Positions 8,413 to 18,554 of a DNA stretch of 43,237 nucleotides are shown one piece after another. Position 1 is the first letter of the stretch. Each line of letters starts with the position of its first letter. Under the pieces are notes generated by a model. It searched no databases. It was not told the origin of the DNA and saw only the letters and a program-made list of their open reading frames with translations. The stretch comes from Candidatus Parcubacteria bacterium. Its GTDB lineage: Bacteria; Patescibacteriota; Minisyncoccia; JAHIHE01; JAGLIN01. The position numbers and the translations under genes were made by a program. The stretch spans positions 1 through 43,237 of the forward strand of contig JAGLXN010000032.1 in NCBI GenBank assembly GCA_023132875.1. The letters are read 5' to 3'.

Positions 8413-8943
8413 ATGAAAGTATATTTTGTAAGACATGGTCAGACAAACTACAATGTTTTAGATTTATGTAATGATGATCCAACTAAAGATGCGCATCTTA
8501 CTGAATTGGGCAAACAACAGGCTAAAATTGTAGGTGAAAAAATTAAAGATACTAAACTGGATATAGCCATTGTATCTGAATTGCCAAGAACAAAAGAAAC
8601 TGCTTCAATAATTGCAAATAATCATACGATTGAATTTAAAATTGAGCCAAGAATTAATGACAGAAAAACAGGCTTTGATGATAAACCAGTATCCGATTTT
8701 CTTGAAGCATTAAAACCTGATATTTTTAATTTAAAACTTAATAATGGAGAATCTTTTCAAGAAGAAAAGAAAAGAGCTTTTTCTTTCTTAGAAGAATTAA
8801 AAAATTATAATTTGACCAATGTTCTTGTTGTCTCACATAGTGAAATTTTACAAATAATAAATGGATATTTTAATAATTTTTCTGATCAAGAAATGTGGGA
8901 TACGAAAATAGACAATTGTCAGGTTTTAGAAGTCAATTTCTAA
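8413..8943 (+). CDS. histidine phosphatase (PGM-like) family protein
   Basis: VRHGQT, LTELG, S.L.R..ETA, GES, LVVSH. Confidence 0.9.
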   Translation: MKVYFVRHGQTNYNVLDLCNDDPTKDAHLTELGKQQAKIVGEKIKDTKLDIAIVSELPRTKETASIIANNHTIEFKIEPRINDRKTGFDDKPVSDFLEALKPDIFNLKLNNGESFQEEKKRAFSFLEELKNYNLTNVLVVSHSEILQIINGYFNNFSDQEMWDTKIDNCQVLEVNF

Positions 8944-8974
8944 AAAACAATATATAAAAAACTTAGAGAATATC

Positions 8975-9253
8975 ATGAAAATTAATATAAAAAAAAGTGA
9001 TTTAAAAGAAAATTTGTATAGCTTTCTGCGAAAGTGTGGGTATGCTCCTTTTCATGATAGTTATATAAAAGTTCTCTCTGGATCGGGATATCCCAGATTC
9101 CATCTTTATATAAACGAAAACGATAATCAATATATTTTAAATCTTCACCTTGACCAAAAACGACCCACCTACGGAAAGGAAACAGCGCATAGCGGAGAAT
9201 ATGATGGAAAAGTTGTGGAAGAAGAGAGAGAAAGAATTGAAGATTTAGTTTAA
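8975..9253 (+). CDS. conserved hypothetical protein
   Basis: YPRFHLY...LHLDQKRP...HSGEYDG; recalled as CPR-type, function unknown. Confidence 0.6.
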   Translation: MKINIKKSDLKENLYSFLRKCGYAPFHDSYIKVLSGSGYPRFHLYINENDNQYILNLHLDQKRPTYGKETAHSGEYDGKVVEEERERIEDLV

Positions 9254-9321
9254 CACACCATCTAGCCCCTCTCAAGAGGGGATTTGTATAAAAAATTTGG
9301 AGAAAATTAATAGACCTATCT

Positions 9322-9373
9322 ATGTTAAAATGTTAGTATGTTAGTATGCTAAAATGTTAATATGCTAAAATGA
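9322..9373 (+). repeat. period-8 array (TGTTAAAA/TGTTAGTA/TGCTAAAA)x6
   Basis: Read directly; last TAAAAT ends 8 nt before ATG 9380. Confidence 0.8.
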
Positions 9374-9379
9374 TATCCA

Positions 9380-10516
9380 ATGAAAATCGCGCTTGTTCAT
9401 GATTATCTGGTCCAATATGGAGGAGCAGAAAGAGTTTTGGAAGCATTTACGGAAATTTTTCCTAAGGCTCCGATTTATACCATGGTTTATGACGAAAAAC
9501 TTATGAACAGAGCTTTCTCAGACAGGAAAATATATACTTCATTCCTCCAAAAAATTCCGTTTATAGGACCTAACCACAGGCTTTTTCCGCTTCTTATGCC
9601 AATGGCAATAGAACAATTTGACCTTTCAAAATACGATGTTGTGCTTTCAGACTCAAACAGTTATGCCAAAGGCGCCATAACAATGCCGAAAACTTTGCAC
9701 GTAACATACTGCCACACGCCAATGAGATACGCATGGGACGACTGCCATAAATATCTCCGTGAATTCAAATATTCAAATATCACAAAAAAACTTGTTCCTT
9801 TCGCAATGAATTATATAAGACTGTGGGATAAAATTTCGGCAGACAGGCCTGATATATATATAGCTAATTCAAATTTTGTTTCCTTTAGAATAAAAAAATA
9901 TTATAATAAAGACACTTTTGTTATTAATCCTCCCGTAAGCACTGAAAAGTTTTATATCTCTGAAAAAATTGAAGATTACTATCTAATGATAGGCCGAGCA
10001 CTTCCATATAAGCGTTTTGACATAGTTATAGAAGCTTTCAATAAACTTGACCTTCCCCTGAAAATTATTGGCAAAGGCCCTGAAATGGACAAGTTGAAAA
10101 AAAACGCGAAAGCAAATATAGAATTTCTTGGATATCTGGACGATGAGAAAATTAGCCGCTATTATTCCAAATGCAAAGCCTTTCTTTTCCCTCCAGAAGA
10201 AGATTTTGGCATAACTCCGCTTGAAGCAATGGCCTCCGGAAGGCCCGTTATCGCGTTCCGCGGAGGAGGAGCATTGGAATCTGTAGTAGAAGATAAAACT
10301 GGATTATTTTTTGACGAGCAAACTCCTGAATCAATAGTAGAAACTGTAAAAAGTTTTAATTCTAATAAATTTAATTCTCAGGAAATAAGAAATCACGCTT
10401 TGAAATTTGACAAGGAAATATTTAAAGAAAAGATAAGAGAGTTTGTTGAAGAAAAATATGATAAATTAAACATTAAAAAACAATATGGAACTAAGAGAGT
10501 ATTTAAAAATAATTAA
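9380..10516 (+). CDS. GT4 glycosyltransferase (WbaZ-like)
   Basis: HDYL..GGAERV, YCHTPMRY, EDFGITPLEAMASG. Confidence 0.92.
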   Translation: MKIALVHDYLVQYGGAERVLEAFTEIFPKAPIYTMVYDEKLMNRAFSDRKIYTSFLQKIPFIGPNHRLFPLLMPMAIEQFDLSKYDVVLSDSNSYAKGAITMPKTLHVTYCHTPMRYAWDDCHKYLREFKYSNITKKLVPFAMNYIRLWDKISADRPDIYIANSNFVSFRIKKYYNKDTFVINPPVSTEKFYISEKIEDYYLMIGRALPYKRFDIVIEAFNKLDLPLKIIGKGPEMDKLKKNAKANIEFLGYLDDEKISRYYSKCKAFLFPPEEDFGITPLEAMASGRPVIAFRGGGALESVVEDKTGLFFDEQTPESIVETVKSFNSNKFNSQEIRNHALKFDKEIFKEKIREFVEEKYDKLNIKKQYGTKRVFKNN

Positions 10517-11090
10517 AAGCAATTTTAAACTAATTATAATTATTAGCATCATCACGGCTGTGTCTGCTTTTCTATTTTCCACTATGAAACCGGTTGTGTA
10601 TGAGATATCAATATCTCTTGCAATAAATAAAAATAAAACGCAAATTACAGACGATTTTAAATATGATGGATATTATGCCTTGCAAGCAAGCGAGATGTTA
10701 GCTAATACTATTGTGGAGTGGACGAAAAGTCCGACTATAGTAGATGCGATTTATCAAAAAGCCGGAGTCAATCAGAATTTTAAAAACATCAAAAGCTATA
10801 CTAAAAAATTCACGGCAAAAAAAATGTCCTCCCAGCATGTTGAAATAAAATTCAAAACGAACACAAGAGAAAATGCGGAAAAAATTTCATCGGCGACTGT
10901 GAAAATAATAAGCGATAAAATAAAAACTCTGGAAAAAGACAGTGAAAAAGAAATAGCTTTCTCAGTAAGCAGTGAAAATCCCATAATAATTGAAAATAAA
11001 CCAGATGCGTTTTTAAATTTGTTTATTGGACTTGTTTCAGGATTTATTCTCGGCATTTTTATTGTTTTTGGAAGAAGATATTTTACATAA
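10485..11090 (+). CDS. Wzz/CapA(YveK)-like polysaccharide co-polymerase
   Basis: MELREYLKII, TM1, P.Y, C-terminal P...N..IG..SG..LG TM. Confidence 0.75.
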   Translation: MELREYLKIIKSNFKLIIIISIITAVSAFLFSTMKPVVYEISISLAINKNKTQITDDFKYDGYYALQASEMLANTIVEWTKSPTIVDAIYQKAGVNQNFKNIKSYTKKFTAKKMSSQHVEIKFKTNTRENAEKISSATVKIISDKIKTLEKDSEKEIAFSVSSENPIIIENKPDAFLNLFIGLVSGFILGIFIVFGRRYFT

Positions 11091-11096
11091 TTATAT

Positions 11097-11177
11097 AAAC
11101 ATTTTAACATTTTAACATTTTAACATTTTAACATTTTCAAAGTGTTAGTATGTTAGTATGCTAAAATGTTAAAATGA
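11097..11177. repeat. inverted period-8 array pair (ACATTTTA)4 ... TGTTAGTA/TGCTAAAA
   Basis: Read directly; the right arm supplies ATG 11174. Confidence 0.85.
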
Positions 11178-12322
11178 TCATCGGTATTGATATCCGCATG
11201 CTTGCTCGCGGAACAAAATCAGGCATTGAAGAATATACGACCAATCTTCTTTCAAATATGATTAGCTTGGACAATAATATTGAATACAAGCTTTTTTATA
11301 ATGGATACAAAAAAACTAAATTGGAATATGATTTCTTAAAACTGCCCAATGTCCAATTAAAAGAATTTAAAATCCCAAACAGGCTGCTTGATGCTTCATT
11401 TCAATTTCTAAATTATCCAAAAATTGACAAAATGCTTGAAAAAATTGATCTTTTCTTTTCTCCTCATATATTTTCATCATCTGTGTCAAAAAAATGCAAA
11501 ACTATAACAACTTTTCACGATTTGAGTTTTGAGAATTATCCTGAATTTTATTCATTCGGTAAAAATTACTGGCACTTTTTAATGAATCCCAGAAAACAGG
11601 CTCAAAAAGCAGATAAAATAATCGCTGTTTCCAAGTCAACAAAAGATGATTTAGTTAAAATTTACGGAATAGAGCCTGAAAAAATAAAAGTTATTTATTC
11701 GGGAATCATATTGGAATCTGGAATCTGGAATCTGGAATCTGAAGTTTTGAAAGTTAAAAGAAAGTATAATCTGCCTGACCATTATATTTTATATTTAGGA
11801 ACGCTGGAACCGCGAAAAAATATTATTGGATTAATTAAAGCGTTTGAAATTTTAAATACTAAATACCAAATACTAAATACTAAATACCAATTAGTTATTG
11901 CCGGTTCAAAAGGATGGCTTTATGAAGATATTTTTAAAGCAGTAAAAGACTCTCCGGTAAAAAATGATATAATTTTTACAGGATTTATTGATGATAAGGA
12001 CAAACCTGCTTTATATAGTTTAGCTGATTTATTTGTTTATCCGTCTTTTTATGAAGGCTTCGGCTTTCCCCCGCTTGAAGCAATGTCCGTTGGAACGCCT
12101 GTTATCACTTCAAATTTTTCATCTTTGCCGGAAGCGGTAGGAGACGCGGCTATTATGGTCAATCCTTATAATCTGGATGAGCTTGCAAAAACAATGGGAA
12201 TGGCTTTGTCTGACAAAAAATTAATGGATATTTTAATTGAAAGAGGATATGAAAGAGTGAAAAATTTTAGCTGGAAAAAATGCGCGGAAGAAACACTTGA
12301 AACTTTAAAAATGGCTATTTAA
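11174..12322 (+). CDS. GT4 glycosyltransferase (MtfB/WbpY-like) with two internal heptamer arrays
   Basis: [28 protein letters not shown]. Confidence 0.92.
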   Translation: MIIGIDIRMLARGTKSGIEEYTTNLLSNMISLDNNIEYKLFYNGYKKTKLEYDFLKLPNVQLKEFKIPNRLLDASFQFLNYPKIDKMLEKIDLFFSPHIFSSSVSKKCKTITTFHDLSFENYPEFYSFGKNYWHFLMNPRKQAQKADKIIAVSKSTKDDLVKIYGIEPEKIKVIYSGIILESGIWNLESEVLKVKRKYNLPDHYILYLGTLEPRKNIIGLIKAFEILNTKYQILNTKYQLVIAGSKGWLYEDIFKAVKDSPVKNDIIFTGFIDDKDKPALYSLADLFVYPSFYEGFGFPPLEAMSVGTPVITSNFSSLPEAVGDAAIMVNPYNLDELAKTMGMALSDKKLMDILIERGYERVKNFSWKKCAEETLETLKMAI

Positions 12323-12336
12323 GCATAATCAACATT

Positions 12337-13482
12337 ATGTTAACTCAAGAGCATAAAAAATATAGAATCGGTATTGACGCGCGGATGTATGGTTACGCGC
12401 AAACTGGAATTGGAAATTATATCCGACATCTTTTGCAATGTATTTTTGAAATGGATAAGAAAAACGAATATGTTATTTTTCTTATGCCTGAAGAATATGA
12501 TAAATTCAACCTGCCAAACAAAAGAATAAAAAAAATAGGAGTTTCAGCAAAATGGTACGGATGGAAAGAACAATTGTTGTTTCCGTTTCAATTATACAAA
12601 GAAAACTTAGACCTAATACATTTCACGCATTTTAATTCTCCAATTTTATACTCTAAAAAATCAATTGTTACAATTCATGATATAACCCCTTTTTTCTTTC
12701 CAGGACATAAAATGAAATCTATTATAAGAAGAACTGGATTCAGAACAGTATTTTCTTTATCGGTTAAAAAAGCGTCAAAAGTAATAGCAGTTTCTGAAAA
12801 TACAAAGAATGATATTGTTGAACATTTTAAAATTAAAGAAGACAAAATCAATGTGATTTATGAAGGAACTGATAGTCAGTTTAAAGTAATTAGCAATAAT
12901 CAAAAAATTGCAGGGATTAAGAAAAAATACAACATAACTAAACCATTTATTTTCTATACGGGAGTTTGGAGAAACCACAAAAATCTTGTCGGACTTATTA
13001 AGGCTTTTGAGATTTTGAGAAACAAATATAAGTTAGATTATCAGCTTGTGCTTGGCGGTAAAGAAGACCCTTATTATCCGGAAGTCCGAGAAATATGGGA
13101 AAAATTGAGGCTAGAAAATGAAATTATAAGAACTGGGTTCATAGATCAAAAAGATCTTCCTCTTTTTTATAATGCGGCAGAAGTATTTGTTATTCCTTCC
13201 TTTTATGAAGGCTTTGGACTTATTGGACTTGAAGCTATGTCCTGCGGAATTCCTGTTATTTCCTCAAATACCACGAGTTTGCCGGAGATATTAGGCAATG
13301 CGGCAATATATTTTAATCCAAATAGTCCGAAAGAAATGGCTGAGAAAATAAAGCTGGTTCTAACCGATAAAAAATTGTATAATGAACTTAAAGAAAGAGG
13401 ATTTAAACAAGTTGAAAAATACAGCTGGGAGAAAATGGGGAGGAAGACAATGGAGATTTATAGGAAGGTATTGGGAAATTAA
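12337..13482 (+). CDS. GT4 glycosyltransferase (MtfB/WbpY-like), paralog of 11174
   Basis: IGIDAR, TIHD, HKN, YEGFGLIGLEAM. Confidence 0.92.
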   Translation: MLTQEHKKYRIGIDARMYGYAQTGIGNYIRHLLQCIFEMDKKNEYVIFLMPEEYDKFNLPNKRIKKIGVSAKWYGWKEQLLFPFQLYKENLDLIHFTHFNSPILYSKKSIVTIHDITPFFFPGHKMKSIIRRTGFRTVFSLSVKKASKVIAVSENTKNDIVEHFKIKEDKINVIYEGTDSQFKVISNNQKIAGIKKKYNITKPFIFYTGVWRNHKNLVGLIKAFEILRNKYKLDYQLVLGGKEDPYYPEVREIWEKLRLENEIIRTGFIDQKDLPLFYNAAEVFVIPSFYEGFGLIGLEAMSCGIPVISSNTTSLPEILGNAAIYFNPNSPKEMAEKIKLVLTDKKLYNELKERGFKQVEKYSWEKMGRKTMEIYRKVLGN

Positions 13483-13720
13483 AATATTGAATATTAGGAT
13501 ATTTCTACTCTTATAGAACATAATAAATTTCAAAATCCAAATTATACCAAATTATACCAAATCAAGTTCAAATGCCTTAAAATAACAATTTTTGAGATTT
13601 TGGATTTGATTTGGAGTAATTTGAGCTTTGAAATTTGATATTTAAAAAAATTTTAAAAGAAGAAATTTATTTAAAAATCAATACTTTGTATAAAATAGTT
13701 AAAATTATTATAAATTTACC

Positions 13721-16012
13721 GTGGACATAATCCCAAATAAAAAATCGAATCTCCTATATCAAAAAGGAGATCAAAAAATAAGAGGTGTTATTGACTTACG
13801 CTGTTTTTCTAGTGAGAAAAAGAAAATAGAGAAAGAAGAAAATAAAAAGAAAACCGTTTTTGAAATTATAAAGAAAAAAGATGAAAAAAAAGAACTTATA
13901 AAACAAGCGCCTTCTTTAAAAAACGAACACGGCATTTCTAATAAAATATATAATGCAAACAAAAAATTTAAAATAAAAGCGCCTAATCTATTGCCAAAAA
14001 CCGGATTTTTGACCAAATCAAAATTTAAATTTCCGCTTTTATGGCAAAGATCATTTATCTTTTTTGTTTTAACGGTTGTTATCACGTCGCTTACGGTTTT
14101 TTCATTATCATTTATTCAAAAGGGGATTGAAGAAAGGGGGAAAATCCTCGGAGCAAGCACTCAGGCTTATGATTATCTAAAACAAGCCGGATTATCGGCA
14201 TCAAATCAAGATTTTGAAAATAGCATAAATAGCTTTGATTCCGCAAACTTAAATTTTTCAAATATAAAAACGACAATAGAAGAATTTGGAATAGGCGTTT
14301 CCGGAAGTGTAAGTAATTTGCCGATTAGCACTCCAATTTCAACAGCAAAAAATATTGCAGAAGCTGGAGAAAATATATCTTTGGCTGGAAAAAATATTTC
14401 GGCGCTTCTTGAAAAAATTTCTAAATTAAATAAAGAAAATTTCTTAATAGGTTCTTCATTAAATTTACAAACCAAAATTGGCAACATAGCGCTAAACTTG
14501 AAAAACGCGGAAAATAACTTAGACAAAGTAGATTTAAATTATATTCCGGAAGAATTTCGAGAAAAAATAAAGTTAAGCAAAAAAGAATTACCCGTAATAG
14601 CCAATAATTTTAAAAACTTATCTGAAGATTTTGAGACGATAACCGAGATACTTGGCAATAATAAACCGCAAAAATATTTAATTCTGTTTCAAAATAACAG
14701 CGAAATAAGAGCAACTGGAGGTTTTATTGGAAGCTATGGAATTTTAGACATAGAAAATGGCGAGATAAAGAATTTATTTATTAACGGAATATTCAATCCA
14801 GACGGCCAGCTAAAAGAAAAAATAATTCCTCCGATGCCTATTCAAAAAATAAGCGCCGCGTGGAGCATGCATGACGCAAATTGGTTTTCTGATTTCCCCA
14901 CAAGCGCAAAAAAAGTTGCTCTCTTTTATGAAAAAACGGGAGGACCAACTGTTGACGGAGTTATTGCAATAACTCCCGATGTAATAGAAAAAATGCTGGA
15001 AGTAACAGGACCGATAGAAATGCAAGAGTATGGAACAATTATCAACAAAGAAAATTTTCTAATTAAGGCACAGTTACAGGTTGAAGAATTATACAATAAA
15101 GAAGAAAATAGGCCTAAAAAATTCTTATCAGACCTTGCCCCAAAAATAATTGAAAAATTGGTTAATACGGACAATTTAGATTCACAAGAAAAAATTCAAA
15201 AATATTTAAGTTTTATTGGCGCAATAGAAGAAAGTCTTAGAGAAAAACATATAATATTTTACCACAGAGACCGAGAGATAGAAAATATGATAATCAAAAG
15301 AGAGTGGGGGGGGCAAATGTTAAATTCAAGCGGCAATTATTTAAGCATTGTGCATGCTAATATAAATGGACATAAAACAGATGCTGTTATAGACGAACAA
15401 ATTGACCATAACACTGAAATTTTAAGTGACGGATCGATAATCAACACTATTAGAATTACAAGAAAACATTTAGGCGGAAACAGCGATTTTGACTGGTACA
15501 ACCGCGTAAACTCTGATTATATGAGAGTGTATGTCCCATTAGGAAGCGTTTTGCTTGAAGCTAGGGGACATACAACGCAAGAATACGAACCGCCGATTGA
15601 TTACAGCGATTTCAAAACAGATCCGGATGTTAAAAAAATTGAAGACACTATAAGAATTGATCCTGATTCTAGAACTCATATTTTTGAAGAATCGGGAAAA
15701 ACAGTCTTTGGAAATTGGGTTTATTTAAGTCCGCAAGAAACAGTTGAAGTGACTTATAAATATCGATTGCCTTACAAAATAAATTTCGATTCTTTCACGA
15801 AACCTGCTGATAAATACAGCATACTGATTCAAAAACAGCTTGGAAGTGAAGGAAGTAATTTTATTGGAACAATAAAATTGCCAGACGAGTGGAAAGCGAT
15901 TTGGAGATCGCAAAGCTTGAATATTAAAAATTTCAACGAGAGCATTATAAAAACGAATCTAAAAACTGATAGGGTTTATGGGATCGTGTTTGTGAATAAC
16001 TTAAGTGAATAG
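13721..16012 (+). CDS. DUF4012-domain membrane-anchored protein
   Basis: YLILFQNNSEIRATGGFIGSY, DANWFSDFPTSA, VDGVIA, YMRVYVP; single TM. Confidence 0.85.
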   Translation: MDIIPNKKSNLLYQKGDQKIRGVIDLRCFSSEKKKIEKEENKKKTVFEIIKKKDEKKELIKQAPSLKNEHGISNKIYNANKKFKIKAPNLLPKTGFLTKSKFKFPLLWQRSFIFFVLTVVITSLTVFSLSFIQKGIEERGKILGASTQAYDYLKQAGLSASNQDFENSINSFDSANLNFSNIKTTIEEFGIGVSGSVSNLPISTPISTAKNIAEAGENISLAGKNISALLEKISKLNKENFLIGSSLNLQTKIGNIALNLKNAENNLDKVDLNYIPEEFREKIKLSKKELPVIANNFKNLSEDFETITEILGNNKPQKYLILFQNNSEIRATGGFIGSYGILDIENGEIKNLFINGIFNPDGQLKEKIIPPMPIQKISAAWSMHDANWFSDFPTSAKKVALFYEKTGGPTVDGVIAITPDVIEKMLEVTGPIEMQEYGTIINKENFLIKAQLQVEELYNKEENRPKKFLSDLAPKIIEKLVNTDNLDSQEKIQKYLSFIGAIEESLREKHIIFYHRDREIENMIIKREWGGQMLNSSGNYLSIVHANINGHKTDAVIDEQIDHNTEILSDGSIINTIRITRKHLGGNSDFDWYNRVNSDYMRVYVPLGSVLLEARGHTTQEYEPPIDYSDFKTDPDVKKIEDTIRIDPDSRTHIFEESGKTVFGNWVYLSPQETVEVTYKYRLPYKINFDSFTKPADKYSILIQKQLGSEGSNFIGTIKLPDEWKAIWRSQSLNIKNFNESIIKTNLKTDRVYGIVFVNNLSE

Positions 16013-16320
16013 AGAGAAAACGTCAGAGCTTTTCTCAAATTATTTGAAAAAAAGTTGACGTTTAGACTGGTATAGACCCTTTTCCATTATTTCCTTTAAA
16101 TATTGCCATTATAGACAAAATTATTTTAAAAGGAAAATATAGTGGATTTTCTTTTTCTTTTCCGATTGACACAAATATCACTCTCCTCGTTTTAATTTTA
16201 TCATTACTAAAGAAGTCCGCAAGAAAGTTATCCACAGCCATATCGCACAACGTGTAACGTATAACCTGTAACATAAAATAATTTTAAATATCATATAGAC
16301 ATATCTTACGTTATACGACA

Positions 16321-16348
16321 TTGACACAAAGACTTATTTCCTTAGAAT
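16321..16348 (+). promoter_or_regulatory. sigma70-like promoter for the iscU-like gene
   Basis: TTGACA-16 bp-TAGAAT. Confidence 0.5.
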
Positions 16349-16399
16349 AAAGATAGTTGTTATTCATAATTCATAATTCGTTATTCTAAATTCCAATTC

Positions 16400-16771
16400 A
16401 TGTATACTAAAAAAGTAATTCAACATTTTACGAATCCGCATAATTATGGTAAAATTGAGAAAGCAGATGCGATAGGAGAGGCTGGGAACCCAATTTGCGG
16501 AGATTTAATGAAAATCTATATAAAAGTGAACAAAAATATTATAGAAAACATAAAGTTTGAAACTCTTGGATGTGTGGCCGCAATTGCCACTTCGTCAATG
16601 ATAACAGACTTAGCTAAAGAAAAAACTTTGGACGAAGCAATGAAAATCAGCAATAAAGATATAGCTAAAAGCCTTGAAGGGCTTCCGCCTATCAAAATGC
16701 ATTGTTCAAACTTAGCGGCCGATGCTTTGCATGATGCAATTGAAAAATATCAAAAAACTATTAAGTCATAA
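16400..16771 (+). CDS. iscU: Fe-S cluster scaffold, IscU/NifU-N family
   Basis: HF.NPHNYG, NPICGD, GCVAAIA, LPPIKMHCS. Confidence 0.9.
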   Translation: MYTKKVIQHFTNPHNYGKIEKADAIGEAGNPICGDLMKIYIKVNKNIIENIKFETLGCVAAIATSSMITDLAKEKTLDEAMKISNKDIAKSLEGLPPIKMHCSNLAADALHDAIEKYQKTIKS

Positions 16772-16792
16772 ATTATTAAATATAACACTTAA

Positions 16793-17152
16793 ATGTATTC
16801 CAGTATTAAACATAAAATAAAGCAATTTTCAAAATACTTGTCTATTTTCTCTTTTGTTTCTTTATTTTTTGTAAAAAAAAGTCAGGCTGTTATAACTTTA
16901 ACAAAAATATCAGGCGTCCCCACAAAACCAATTGCCGACATTTTAGATGACATAATAAAATGGATTTTAGGATTTGGACTTATGATTGCGGTAACTTTCT
17001 TGGTTTGGGGAGGAATCAATTATGTAGCATCATCGGGAGACGCCACAAAAACAGAAAACGCGAAAAAGGTTGTAAAATACTCAATATTGGGAGTTCTTGT
17101 TATAGGATTTTCTTACGCGGCCATTATTATGTTGGATGTAATTTTCAGCTAG
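16793..17152 (+). CDS. VirB2/TrbC-like (T4SS-type) pilin 1
   Basis: Signal peptide ending SQA; W.LG...WGG..Y..SSGD..K...AKK...Y..LG. Confidence 0.75.
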   Translation: MYSSIKHKIKQFSKYLSIFSFVSLFFVKKSQAVITLTKISGVPTKPIADILDDIIKWILGFGLMIAVTFLVWGGINYVASSGDATKTENAKKVVKYSILGVLVIGFSYAAIIMLDVIFS

Positions 17153-17175
17153 AAAATTAATAGAAATTGCTATAT

Positions 17176-17283
17176 TTAGAACATAGAAGAATATTTTTTA
17201 TAGCTGTCATTTCAAATCCCGATAGGGTGAGAAACCTACCAGCCGGCGAATTGAGATGACAAGATTGTTTTTCCACATTCCAA
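17176..17283. mobile_element. MITE-like TGTCAT...ATGACA element, shorter inverted sibling of 3859-4033
   Basis: TTAGAACATAGAAGAATATTTTTTATAGCTGTCATTTCAAATCCCGATAGGGTGAGAAA matches the reverse complement of ~3975-4033. Confidence 0.7.
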
Positions 17284-17366
17284 TGTTATAAACAATGTAA
17301 AAATTTAGCAATACAGCAATTTAATATAATTTGACCAAATAATAAAAAAGTGTAATAATAAACATA

Positions 17367-17720
17367 ATGAAAGAAAATAAATTATCAATCTTATTTGCTT
17401 TTTCTGTTTTGACAGTTTTGTTCTTATCTCTAACTAACTCTGTAAGCGCTCAATGGTCAGTTCCTAATAATGTGTTTAGTCTTCCAGAAGATATTGACCA
17501 GGGAATACTAAACCTAACTAATTGGCTTTTGTGGTTTGTCGGACTACTTTCAGTTTTAGCTATAATTTGGGGAGGAATCAATTATATATTCTCTTCAGGA
17601 GACACTCAAAAAGCAGATTTGTCCAAAAAAATAATATATTACGCGCTAATTGGATTGTTTGTTGCCGGTTTTGCTTATGCTATTATGCACGTAATAACCA
17701 CTATGATACTTACACAATAA
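17367..17720 (+). CDS. VirB2/TrbC-like pilin 2
   Basis: Signal peptide ending VSA; NLTNWLL...WGGINY..SSGD...SKK..YALIG. Confidence 0.75.
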   Translation: MKENKLSILFAFSVLTVLFLSLTNSVSAQWSVPNNVFSLPEDIDQGILNLTNWLLWFVGLLSVLAIIWGGINYIFSSGDTQKADLSKKIIYYALIGLFVAGFAYAIMHVITTMILTQ

Positions 17721-17768
17721 TAAAATTTTTTAGACAAGTTAAAATGTTATTATTAAATTTATAGCGCT

Positions 17769-18119
17769 ATGAAAATAAATAAAAAAAATCTAATAGTGTC
17801 TATAAGCACTGCTTTTTACCTTTTAACCGCAAATTTAGCAATGGCAGCAAGTTCGTGGGGAGCTCCTCCACAACCGGGCGGTGTCCCTATAAATATTGAA
17901 AGCGGATTATTAAACCTGACCAATTGGATTTTAGGATTTGTTTCAATGATTGCTGTTTTGATGGTTATATGGGGCGGAGTGTTATATTTAACTTCAGCAG
18001 GCGATGAAAGCAAAGCGGAAAGCGGAAAAAAGACAGTGACTTATGCGCTTATGGGATTAATTATTGCCGGCTTAGCTTATGGAATAATAAAGGTAATAGT
18101 AGTAAATATTTTAGCATAA
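17769..18119 (+). CDS. VirB2/TrbC-like pilin 3
   Basis: Signal peptide ending AMA; NLTNWILG...WGGVLYLTSAGDE..GKK..YALMG. Confidence 0.78.
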   Translation: MKINKKNLIVSISTAFYLLTANLAMAASSWGAPPQPGGVPINIESGLLNLTNWILGFVSMIAVLMVIWGGVLYLTSAGDESKAESGKKTVTYALMGLIIAGLAYGIIKVIVVNILA

Positions 18120-18160
18120 CAGATTTTTAAATAAAAAATAAATTTATAATTTGAAAGGGG

Positions 18161-18529
18161 GTGAAAAAAATGAAGAAATTAATTAAAAGTATTTCAGCTT
18201 TGTCAATAATGGCTTTCGCATTCGCTTTTAGTTACAGTACCGCTTTCGCCGCAATTTCCACTTGGGGAGCTACATGCAAACCAGCAGGAGTTCCTACCGA
18301 TATCAGAGCAGCTATTATGAATGTTACTAACTGGATTTTGGGCTTCATTGCAATCGTCGCTACATTGGTAATTATCTACGGAGGCGTCCAATATCTTACT
18401 GCTGGAGGAAATGAAGATAATGTTGGTGCCGCAAAGAAAACTATTTCCTATGGAATTATCGGAATTGTAATTTGTGGTCTCGCATACGCTATGGTAATTG
18501 TTGTTTCTACTGTTATTTTGTCAGCATAA
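18161..18529 (+). CDS. VirB2/TrbC-like pilin 4
   Basis: Signal peptide ending AFA; NVTNWILG...YGG..YLTAGGNE..AKK..YGIIG; AAGGGGGTG SD suggests start at ATG 18170. Confidence 0.78.
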   Translation: MKKMKKLIKSISALSIMAFAFAFSYSTAFAAISTWGATCKPAGVPTDIRAAIMNVTNWILGFIAIVATLVIIYGGVQYLTAGGNEDNVGAAKKTISYGIIGIVICGLAYAMVIVVSTVILSA

Positions 18530-18554
18530 TAACTACACGATTATATCTATATTT

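Noticed and set aside
16228-16236. oriC based on a perfect DnaA box TTATCCACA
   Set aside because: Single box, no cluster, no dnaA or dnaN nearby
16793-18529. Conjugative element
   Set aside because: No relaxase, coupling protein or VirB4 in the window; the context is chromosomal
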